Of a stretch of 41,045 nt of DNA, positions 23,901-35,457 are shown in pieces. The first letter of the stretch is position 1. Each line of letters begins with the position of its first letter. The position numbers and the translations under genes were made by a program. The notes beneath the pieces are model-generated. The model made no database searches. It was not told where the DNA came from and saw nothing but the letters and a program-made list of their open reading frames with translations. The stretch lies in NCBI GenBank assembly GCA_023231475.1, contig JALJEE010001038.1, forward strand, positions 1-41,045, in the 5' to 3' direction. Origin of the DNA: Seison nebaliae. Taxonomy: Eukaryota.

Positions 23901-26590
23901 AATCGGGTTATAAAGACGAAAACTGAAGAATATGGAATTCAACGAATATTTCACATGTTCTTGAAAACTTGGACTGTCACTTACTTCCGAATAATTCGTA
24001 TTTACTCCATCTCCTTTCTTTCCAGCTAATCCATTTTCCACCACTTCCACAAACAATTTCGATAAACACAAATAGAATTTTAAAAGAATTCTATCTTTGA
24101 CATATAATTTCTGGGAGGAGTGTTTAGAAATATAGTTCAACAAACGATGTTCAGCATCACCGATCGAATCGTTACCCAACGAATAACAATCCAAAATATT
24201 TAATGTTAATTTTAATAACTTATTACCAATTCTATTCACCACAAACGTTTTCTATAAAATATGAAAAAGAATTTTTTGAGAATTAAAATTTTTTGAACTT
24301 CACAAATTTTCGGTATGGCCATATTGAGTGTGAGGAAGTTGAGAGGAATGTTGGAGCTCAGCGAAAAAACGAAATCTGTAGCCGATTCCACACGAAGACG
24401 AAGATAATTCACACTAAATGGAATATTTAATACCTAAGTAATTTTTTTTTATAAAAAATTTGAAATTAACCCGACTGGTATGGAAAGAACTTTGGCTTCA
24501 TGATATGTCGTCTCTAATTTTCGTTCAAATATTTTCTCCGAAGTGTATTGAATGATGAAGGGATAATGTTCATGATGGTTGAATAACGGTGATAGTCTTA
24601 GGATGGCAAAAGAATTTATTTCATATGCCGAATTTTTTGAACGTGATTTTGATGGAAATATCGTTCCTCTTCTCTTCTCTTTGTGCATCTTTTCTGCGCT
24701 TTTTTGCAACTTAGCTTCTCCCACTATATTCTGTCCTTCATCGATTACTGTTTTCTTGGTGGTAGGCAACTTTGGTAACGTATTGATAGTGATGAGAAGA
24801 AGATTGTTGTCCTTCGTTTCATTCACAATCGAAATGAAAGTTTCCTGAACTTTAATTTTGTCGTATGCATTTTTGAAATGGTGCGAATAAATTGGAGTAC
24901 GATCAGTATACACATGAGGAATTGTTGATCGAATATTATTCGTCGATCTCATAAATGGATTTTCCGGTGAACCGGTAGGTAAATCAGTTAGATTACTTGA
25001 TTCATTCACATAAGTATATTTGAATGCTTCCGAAATATTGCTCATCATCAAATAATCGAAACTCTCACGAAACTCTTTCAACGAAAAACTGTTGTATTCA
25101 GTTGGCATAATACCTTGGATACTGCTCTTACTATTTTTTCTTGATAATGCTGAAGGACTTTTGAAATACCAGGAATTGTCTGGTGGCAATATATCGACGA
25201 ATCGACTAAGTGGATTATTATATTCTTCTTTCTCATGATCAGCACATGTCGTTCGAAAATATTTCCATCTCGGTAAATCGATTTTAGGTAATTTAGTTAA
25301 ATTCACATCTCGAATTTGCAACATTAAATTATTCGTCGAAAAATTTTTTCCAAATACAAATATGGGAACTGAAACATTATCCTACAATACAAATGAATAT
25401 ATATTACAGGTAAGAAATGTAACAAACATTGTCAATGACACATTGAGGAATGATGGAGAGACTGTCTTGAAATGAAATGAATAATTCAGCGGATTGCAAT
25501 AACAATTTCCATAATTCATCATCAGTTCGATAAATACTGATTTTTGGAAATTTAAAAATAAATTCTTCAAAAAATGTAACTTCAAAGGCATCATTTCGAT
25601 TTGAGTGCCCGTCAATAAATTTAATATCATTTTAGAAATCAGATATAATGAATCGGTGGTTGTTTGATAGAAAGTAGATGTTGATGATAATACCATCAAT
25701 ATGGCTTTACATAACAAAATAGGCCAAAGATTATTGGATGATACGGGTAATAAGGGTTTCAGATTTTTGTCGATTGGTACTGAGTCATCTACTTCAAATT
25801 TTCTCCATGCTCCCTACAAAATATTTTGAGGAGAAATTTTAATACGAAAATAACCATAAAATAGAGAACGACAGCAAATTTCGAATGTGCCAAACGAACA
25901 GTTTTATCATAATCTTTTACATAAGCCCATGGAGTCCATGCTTCGCTTAATTCGATATCATATAAAGACCGTCTCAACTTCTTCTTTGGGGAAACCTGAT
26001 AATAATTCAATTTAATTTCAGGAAAATAGAAAAATAGTAGAAGATATACAGAAACATTGTCTTTTGCATTCATTCGTTCACTATTCGCCAATAGATCGTG
26101 ATGTAACATTTTGGGAATATCCACCGCTCTCTTGTTCCACAAATTATGTATACATTGTACAATGACAGACATTAATGGACTTTCAGTTAATAAGGATTGG
26201 TTCTGAGAATATAAATCTACATAATCCACATTTCCTACCAAATTAACAGACTTTTAAAAAATTTCATTTTTCTCCTTTAATCTCTAATTTTTCAAACTTC
26301 CTTTTTTCCTATAAAAGTCTGGAATGGAATCCATTCAATTGCCTCCAATTCGTTAGGTAAGTTAATTTCAGTTTTCGTTACCTTATGAGTTTTGGGTGCT
26401 GGTTCTTCATGAACTTTTTTCGTAGTTTTATCACTAAAACTATTAGTCATAAAAAAAGTGAGTTGGCTGATTAACAAACTTTTGTTTGGACTGTTTGCCA
26501 AGACGAACCTTTTTATTTTTAAATTTTTAAATAAAAGTAAAGAATGAGAATAATCAAAGTAACCATATCAAATCGACTTGGTTGTTGCAT
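20916..26590 (-). CDS. ADGB: Androglobin-like protein B, ~20 exons, roughly 1,550-1,600 aa
   Basis: The spliced model gives EINLPNELEAIEW, DLYSQNQSLLTESPLM, WTPWAYV, KFAVVLYFM|GAWRKFEVDDSVP...LWPILLCKAIL, LLTGTQIE, YFYPPNK|FGYTF, NWSLTIIS, QTG|KGTMFMPG and WYIRLIV...MEPGRLKRAQEYR (androglobin EPGRA.KA...R motif). The first two small exons are the least certain. Confidence 0.88.
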
Positions 26591-26759
26591 ATTTCCCTCG
26601 AAATAAAAGGAAATAAAGAAAATTTATTTATTCTACAATAATTTTCAATCATTAACTGTAATTAATAATGATGGAAATGTTAATAATATGATAAATTTAT
26701 AATTTTCTTCTTTTGGAACAATACAACGACATACTATCGTACCACTGAATATTTGTCAA

Positions 26760-28230
26760 TTACATTCGTTCTAACGAAAATTTTTGACTAGTCATCGATT
26801 TCAAATCAAGAATGATCGATTGAAATTTATTGATAAACGATGGAATGCTAATCAATTCAGAACGATATGAAGAATTTTGAAAAGATTTATGTTCATAAAT
26901 CGGTTGATTTCCACAAATGAATATATCGGGTATATCTCTCAATTGAAACGGATCTTTCTCAAATGGCACCATCGGAATAGAATCCGGTGCCATCGGACAT
27001 AAATGAGAAGTTTTCAATAAATATTCCATAGCATCGATTGGTTTTGGGAAAGTGGTTTGTTTCATACAATCATTAATAACTCTTCCATTCGATATTAATA
27101 ATTTCAATTTCCCTTCATCATTCTCTTCAATTAAATTTAAAATTGAAGGAGATGTTATCGAATGGAAATTGTGATGATCTTTACATCTAGGAAAGAAGAT
27201 TTTACTTATTGGTTGTTGTGGTAGAATATATGTTGTTGGATCGTTGGCACCAGGAACGATATAAATTGACAAATTTTCCAATAATTTAAAAAGAATTTTA
27301 TCTAATCTTTCAATTTTTAATTGATTATTTGGAAGATTTTCTAAACGATTACCAACCGAACAATTCACCAAACGATGTTTCTTGTAAACATCATGAGAGA
27401 ATGACGGTAATATGTTTCCGATGAGAATTAATGATTTAATATCATTGAATAATATTTTCTGATATTTAATATCATCAATGAGTAAATGGAATGAATTGAG
27501 AATTGTCTCATTTAAATTCGTTTTCATTTCATCAATATCTAATTCGTTCTTGTCGAAAGTCACATCGGCCAATGTTGATAGGAAGAGAATTTTATCTTTC
27601 GTTTGAAATAAACGTCGTTCTATTTGATTCCTAATTGGAAAGATATAATTGTCAATTTCCAACGTTCCACCAACATTTCTACCACAAATCCCAACACAAC
27701 AACCGGTAGTCAAGAAATTTTGTTCGTTATTTTTAAATTTGATTTTTATTCGTTGAATTTCATCTTCTAAATAAACTGTATCTTCTTGTGAGATGTAACA
27801 TTCATAAAAGTTTGTCGTCGTTTTATTCTCCTTCTCTCCGAAAACCGGTAAATCTTGACTTCTCTCAATTTTCTCTTTCTTCGCTTCTGATTTATACAAA
27901 TCGTCAACAATTTCATCATTATCCGCATAAATCTCTTGGAAGACGTTCGGTCGTTTATGCATCTTCTTGAAAATGATTCCAATTAACATTTGAACTTTAT
28001 TCTTTTCACTAGACAAATCGGGAATTTGTTCAACAAATTCATATTGACAATTACCTAGAAAGAATTAATTTTTATATTATTATAATTGTCATCAAACCAA
28101 ATTTTGACTTTAAATTATCTCTTAAAATCGGACGGAATTGAGATAAACGATCTTGATAGATTTTCGAATATTGCGAATTATTTCCATAACTTCTATTCAG
28201 GAAATGTTTAGAAGAAATTTCGATTTTCAT
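26760..28230 (-). CDS. POLD2: DNA polymerase delta subunit 2 (B subunit), 2 coding exons
   Basis: Exon 1 SQYSKIYQDRLSQFRP, intron 28055-28097, then LEDEIQRIKI, LTTG, VPGANDPTTYILPQQPI, HLCPMAPDS, DPF..RDIPDIFICGNQ and ISIPSF. Confidence 0.95.
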
Positions 28231-28524
28231 TTTCTGAGAGAACTATCAGAAAATAAAGAAAGAGAATGTTTAATTTACATTTTTGAAAGAAATCGAAAGA
28301 AATGAGAAAATTCCAATAAAATTATCTTCTTGAAAAAATTAGCGGCAATTCAAATTGAGGCTGAAATTTATTTCAAATATTTTCATTAACTTATCATAAA
28401 TATTGGATGTCACTAGAATAGAAATAGTTTATTTAATTTATCTCTTTATGATTCATCGTTAAAAGACGAGAGTAAAAGAAGATTTATCGATTTCATTTCA
28501 CCAATTTCCACAACATCAATTTCA

Positions 28525-31500
28525 ATGAAACAGAAAACGATTTTAAATTTTTTTGAAGGGAAGAAAACTCGAGTGAAGAGAGACAACATCGATTTAGAGG
28601 ACAATGAAGGAAGCTCTACAAAATTCATAAAAATAACATCGACACCTCATAAATCTCAATTGAATAATAAAGAGAATGTCGATCTTTCCATCATTTTATT
28701 ATCGGAAGAAGAAAAAGAAGAATCATTTTTCGATGAAGTATTTCCAGCAACACCAGAAGATAAAATTAAAAGTAATTTAAGAAAGAATAAAAGTGGAGAA
28801 AATATTTTGTCGTCAAAAAAAGAAAATTTCGAAAATCGAATAATCGAAAAAAATGATGATCATATTAAATTAAATAGAGAAATTAAGGAAGAAGAGAAAT
28901 TTCAAGAGAAAATTGAAAGTACTGAAAAAGAAGAAGATGATGATGATTTTGGCGATTTTAGTTTTAATTTCGATCAAGTTTTTGAAGTTGCGAAAGAATT
29001 AAAATCGAAAAAAAGTTTGTCGAAATGTTTAGAAGAATTATTGGAATTACATACGAATGATAAATGTATCGTTGGGAAAGTGGTAGAAATGAATGAGAAT
29101 ATTCTGAAATGTTCCATTAAAGAAAAATCGATTGTATTTCAAGTGAATTTGAAGCAAAGTTGGAGAAATTTAATCCAATTCATTTCCATCGGTCAATATC
29201 TCACGATCATTTCCCCGAAAATTTCACTTTACCAATTTGCAGTTAAATCGAATAATAATCTTGAATTGGAGTTAAATGATGAGAAGATCGATATAAATAA
29301 ATTGACAAGATTCTCTTTCATTCCATTACAATGGATTAATGTGAAACAATTAGATAATATATCTGATTTACTAAATGAAATTAGTGGGAGATATTATGGA
29401 GAAAATTTTCAGTCAATAAACTTCCTTTCACGATTTATTATCAATTCCAATTATTGTTTCTCTATCACAAATCTTCTTTCCTTCGTCAATTGTCAAAAGA
29501 AGATCGCTCTCCAATCTATCATTCCGATAGGCAATGATGTCTTATCATTACCGTTAGTTCTTGGTAATATGATCCACGAATATTTTCAGTTACTTTTCGA
29601 GAAAACAAATTTGATCGATTTAGAAAATGATCGAATGTTGGATGAGTATCTTCGTTCGATTATTGATTTGGAGAATATTTTTGGATTAGGATTCGATTCG
29701 ATCGAACAATTTTATACGAAATCTGAATTATTCTTATATTTAGGGAATGTAAGGAAATGGTTGAAGAAATATGTGATAAAAAAAGAAATTCTATTTCGAA
29801 TGGACAATGAACAATTTGTGATAAAGAGATTGATTTCCGTCGAACAACATTTATGGTCGATGAAATTTGGATTAAAAGGAATTGTCGATGTGGTTGTGGA
29901 AGTGACGAATGAGAAAGGAAAAATATTTATGTTGCCGATTGAATTGAAAACTGGTCGAAATGAAAACAATATGGATCATCGGGCACAAATCCTTCTCTAT
30001 TCAGCAATGTTACAAGAGAATGATGGTTTTGGTCCATATTCTTTATTGTTATATTTGAAAACATTAAATAGTCATGTATTCAATATTAATCGTCAATTGG
30101 TGGAAGTTAAATCATTAATTCAACAACGAAATAAATTATTTTATTTATTTCAATCAATTTATTTAAATCTTTCAATATTATTAAATTCTCAATCGAAAAA
30201 TTTAATTGAATTATTCAAATTCTTTTCAATTATCGATTCCACAACCGGTGAACGACAAAGAGCATTCGTTTCTGATACTTCTTATCTGGTGGATATGGAG
30301 GACGAATTGGAAAAGAATGATAAAGAGAAAAATCGACGGATCGATATGACATGTAAATATTGTAATTCTTATTCGATTTGTCAATTGACATACAAAATTA
30401 ACAAACCATCAATGCAGACTCATTTCCATCATTTAGCGATGAATCATCAATTTCTTTTCAATTGGATTCAACTACTCTTTTATGAATTCACTTATCTTTG
30501 CAATTATTTCAAAAGAAATGATATGACGAATGATCAGGAACATAATCAATTTTATCAATCGATTTGTAATTCACACTCATATTTTGATTTGATTCAATCG
30601 ATATCGATTGAGAAGAATTTGAAGAATATTAAGAAACTGAATATTGAATCCAATTGTCTCACAGAGAATAGATGGAAATACTTTTCCATTTTCAAACGAC
30701 CTCAATCTACTTGCTGGAACATTTCCGATTATTGTAACAGGAAAATTATCATATTTAATAATAATGAAATTCATTTGTCGACGGGTATTGAGGGAGTGCC
30801 AATTAAAGTGGAAAGGAAAAAATTTTCCGAATATGTTTGTATATTATCAGAAAAGAATTTGAAAGAAGTATTTTCTTTATATTCTAAGAATTTCCATTTT
30901 CATCCATTTGGACAACCAATAATTTTCCGTTGTATATCCTCCAATTTCAATGCACCAATATCGAATGATGAGAAATCAAAAGAAAATGAATCAAAGAATT
31001 TGGGAACGATTCAAGGAAAAAATCTTTCAAATATATTTTCACTTTATCTCTCTACTGGTAATGGATCACAATCGTTAACTGATTGTAAGAATAAAGACGA
31101 GATAAAATTTCGATTGAATGAATTGATCATTTTGAAGAAGTCTCCACGAATCAATGAGAACGATACGAAACATAAAAAACTTCTTCAATTTCATCAGGAT
31201 CAATTGAAATTTTGTAATCAGAAACAATTAATATTAATCGAACAAACGTTGAAATCGAAGGATTATATCATTCTTCGTGGTTATCCGGGTTCAGGTAAAA
31301 CAACGACGATCGTTAATCTGGTAAAAATTTGTTTGAAATTAAATATGAAAGTTCTCCTCACATCATTCACTCATAGTGCTGTAGATAATTTATTAATGAA
31401 ATTATTGAATGACGATTTAGTGAAAGAAGAGAAATTTCCTCAATTGATACGAATTGGAAAAAAGGATCGAGTCCCGAAAGAATTACATCGATTCGTATCA

Positions 31501-32652
31501 GATGAATTGATTGAACAAGAAAAGAGATCGAATGGAACGAAAACAATTAATCATTCGTTCAATTATATAAAAAGTATTTATGAAAGTTGTAAAATTGTTG
31601 GGACGACGTCATTATCTACATCTCATTCTATTTTTCAACGACATGATATCATGTTCGACATCTGTATCATTGACGAAGCGACTCAAATGTTGTTGTCTTC
31701 CGTTCTATCGCCATTGTTCCATTGTAAAAAATTTGTGGTAGTGGGAGATCCAAATCAATTACAACCACTAATTAAATGGAATGAATTTAAACATTTAAAA
31801 AATTTTCCAAAATCCATTTTTGATGTTCTCTATGAAATACCTGATAATTCGAAAGAGTTTTGTGTTAATCTCAATTCTCAGTATCGATTCAATTCTCCAA
31901 TTTTAGAGTTTGTCAATAAATGTTTCTATTCCAACTCGCCCATGGTCCATGGGAGAATGAAGAAATGTGAACAAGAAGAAACGATTGGCAATTATTGTCA
32001 ACGTGAATTACTTCATCAATCGATGATAAGAAATAAATCGATTAAATGGATATATGAGATTCTTAATGATAATTTAGAATCTTCTATCATTTTTATTGAT
32101 ATTAAAAATTCGAAAGAATTATTAACATCAACAACGAAAGATCAACAATATTTGGAATTGAATAATTTCATAGAAATTAATTGTATCCGACAAATTCTTC
32201 AAGAATTTACTTCAGTTTAATATTATTCTACTTTTTCTTATTATATTTATTCTACTCCTATTATAAGTTGAACATTTCACAGAATCACATTGGAATCTCA
32301 TCTCCATTTCGATTACAGGTGGAATTGATGCAGAAAGAATTCAATAAAAAGTATCCCCAAATTGAAATTAATACAATCGACCAATATCAAGGAAAAGATA
32401 AAGCAATATTTATCGTCTCTTTCGTCAAAACGCAAACTTCAGATGTTTCTTTTTTTTATTCTTTTCATAATACTCTTTCTTCAGAAAAAAATCGTTGATA
32501 ATGTTTTGTCTGATTGGCGTCGGATAAATGTAGCGATCAGTCGGGCAAAGGTTAAATTAATCTTAATTGGGCATTCTCCCACCTTGGAAAAATATGAGGA
32601 AATTAAACGAATTCTACAAATGTTGTCCAACTTCACATTCTTTTATACTTAA
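28525..32652 (+). CDS. DNA2: DNA2 nuclease/helicase, at least 3 exons
   Basis: Fe-S cysteines (VNCQKK and CKYCNSYSIC). Nuclease motifs GNMIHEYFQ, EQHLWSMKFGLKGIVD, PIELKTG and HRAQILLY. SF1B helicase motifs GYPGSGKTT, DEATQ, VGDPNQLQP, QYRFN, TIDQYQG and RRINVAISRAK. Introns at 32215-32267 and 32445-32484. A further small 3' exon is possible. Confidence 0.97.
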
Positions 32653-32937
32653 ATCATTTATATTACTATACAGAAATGCTTGAAAATAAACTTGTTAATT
32701 ATGAAATATCGTTTTCTAATAGAATGGTGAACATGAATTATAAGACGTAATATAAGTTCTGTGAAACAAAACTTTTAATTATTCGGATCACATTATTTAT
32801 CGGATGATTAATTCGTATTATTTAGAATGCTATTTGTGATTTTTAAAAAATAACAATTAATAGAAATAAAATTTGTGAGGAAAAGCAATATGAAGAATTG
32901 ATTAATTTTGTTTTTATTATATATTAAATTAATTCAT

Positions 32938-33197
32938 GAGTCCGTCAACGTACGATCCTAAGTCCCTGGTTGTTTGGATTGATTATTGACGGCGTTTTCC
33001 GCCAACTCAACGAAGGTAATAGACGATTTCTTATTTCCGCATGTTATGGCATATGCTGACGATTTCGTGGTCATGCATGATTCGTTTCCTTCGCGATTTG
33101 AAGAAATCCTATCTACGTATCGAAATGCTGGTTGCTCTCGACTGGTAATCGGTCGTTGTCGAACATTCCTCTTGCTTCTTCTACAATCTTCCTAGGC
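32938..33197 (+). mobile_element. Short RT fragment of the same LINE family
   Basis: gagtccgtcaa.gtacgatc...ccctggtt.tttg...gacggcg and FLFPHVMAYADDFVV align with 5515-5815, with internal deletions. Confidence 0.88.
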
Positions 33198-33521
33198 ATG
33201 CTGATTCCTAGGCTAAGTGCAATATGTATACTGCTCTTCAAATATGTTGTCTCGTGCTCGTGATTTTATTTCCTGGAACAATTTTTTTTCACGCATTGCA
33301 CTATGGGGATACCGCGACTTAATAAAAAATAAATAAATTCATTTTTTATTTTATGAGATTTTGATGTTGTCGATGACAATGGCTGAAAGTTCAACGAATA
33401 ATAATATGAAAATAAAATAATTTACAAATAAATATCAACATTCATTTTCAATGGTTAAGCTGAAAGTTTTCGAAAAATTTTCGTTTAAACTTTCAATTTT
33501 TAATTTCTTTAATTCACCCTT

Positions 33522-35313
33522 ATGAAAAGTAAGAAAGATAAATGGAAGAAGTTGTGCCTATTTGTTTTCAGTTATAAGTTGAGAGAAGGTGAAAGTACTT
33601 TCTGTTTATTGAGTGAGGCAGAATTGTTTGATTATGAAACATTAGATCAGATTCTCAGCAGTAAGGAGATAAATGTGGCGGAAAGTGAATTGAAGGAGAA
33701 TTCTAAGAATCTTAGAATAGAAAACGATTTTAATTTGGAGGATGATATCTCGTTATTGTTAGAAAAGTTTCATTTGCCATCAACATTCACATCATCGAAT
33801 CGCTCAAAAGTTTCTGAGAAGAGAAAGCGGAAGAAAAACTTTTCAAAATTCTACACAGAAGAAGATTATAAATTATTAAAATATAATTTGTTCGATTACG
33901 AGACATTAGTCCCATATGTTTATCTCCAATTCTATTTTGGTTTTCAAACAAATTTATTGAACGAACAAACTATTGACATTCTCTCCAATTGTCTATCGAC
34001 AAAGGAGCGACGTAAACGCAAATTGACTGATATTTACGACGAAGAATATGATGAATGTTGGAGGAAATCATCGAACGAAACTAAAATAAGAAAATTATTA
34101 TCATCCGAATATTCAGTCGATCAATTTTCATCTACAACTCAATCAAACAAATCGAATAAAGAAAATAAGAAAAAGAATTTATTAATTTTGGAAGATATCG
34201 TTCCCAACAAAGATTCGGATGATTATGACAATTCTACAAAAACATTAGCACAATTCCGATATGAAATTAATCGATTTATCAGTGGAGAGATCGATTCAGA
34301 ATTTTGGAGAATAAATAATAATTTTCCATTAATGTATTGTGAGAAAGATCAACAAAATTCATTGACGTCGTCCGAATTCGAAAAATTTCTCATCAAACAA
34401 ATTCTCCAACGTAAAAATAAAGAAATTAACGAGAATTCGTCAATGGACAATTGGAATGAGTTTTGCGAAGCGAAAAATCGAAAAAAAGAATTATTCTCAA
34501 CAAAGAAAAATATCGAACCGAAATATTGGGTGCAACGATATCGATATTTTTCAAGATTTGACGAAGGAATTCAACTTGACGAAGGTTCAAATAAATTTTT
34601 AATTATTTAAAAAAATATAATTTATTTAAAATTTTTTTTGTTTCTTCATATTAGAAAGTTGGTATTCGGTGACTCAAGAAAAGATAGCAATACATCATGC
34701 TAAACGATTCTCATCAATTTTCTGTTCAAAAAATTATCGTCATAAACCGATTGTGGTTATTGATGGTTTTTGTGGTTGTGGTGGTAATTTAATACAATTG
34801 GCATTATCAGCGAAAGATTCTTATCGAAATAATCAAAATATTCAAATTTATGGGGTTGATATCGACCCAATTAAAATTGAGATGGCTAAAAATAATGCAA
34901 ATATTTATGGCGTTTCTGATTTCATTAAATTTATTTGTGGAGATTATTTAGAATTGATTGAAAACAATTCATTAAAATTAGGAAATGGAGAATTATTAAT
35001 TAATTTTTTATCACCTCCTTGGGGTGGTCCAAATTATCAGAAGAAAAAAGATTTCGATATTGAGACTGATATGGAAATTTCCGGTGGGAAGTTATTTGAA
35101 GTGACGAAGAAATTGACGAGAAATATCGTTTTTTATTTGCCGAAAAATGTGATAATTGAACAATTAATTCGTTTGGCTGACATTGGAGAAACGGTAGAGA
35201 TTGAGAAAAATATTTTGAATGGAAGTTTGAAATCGTTAACAATTTATTATGGAATTTTAGCAGCGGAAAGCAGTTGGACTAATCGTAAAGAAGAAATGAT
35301 GGAAATTGAATAA
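33522..35313 (+). CDS. TGS1: Trimethylguanosine synthase (PIMT-like long form), 2 exons
   Basis: KYWVQRYRYFSRFDEGIQLDE|ESWYSVTQE across intron 34585-34654. SAM-binding motif VIDGFCGCGGNLIQLA, then DIDPIKI, FLSPPWGGP and FYLPKN. The N-terminus (KWKKLC...FCLLSEA) resembles the animal TGS1 extension. Confidence 0.96.
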
Positions 35314-35457
35314 CATTCTTTTTAATAGGTTGCGCTGACGAATTTGTTAATAAAATAGAATTGAATTGAATAAATTTCCATTTTAAGTTTCTTATTCGTA
35401 AGAAATATTTCATTTTTTATATTAAGTTCCATTTTTTTTCTTATTTAAAATTAAATT

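Noticed and set aside
14896..26590. Alternative genetic code, stop readthrough or pseudogenisation as the cause of the many short same-strand ORFs
   Set aside because: Every break is bridged by a short GT-AG intron that restores frame and conserved motifs. Long exons (DNA2, ankyrin, POLD2) are stop-free under the standard code.
33290..33310. U1 snRNA, suggested by CATTGCACT (U1A loop motif)
   Set aside because: There is no U1-like 5' end, stem-loop I or Sm site around it. The motif is better explained as half of a short inverted repeat with AGTGCAAT at about 33216.
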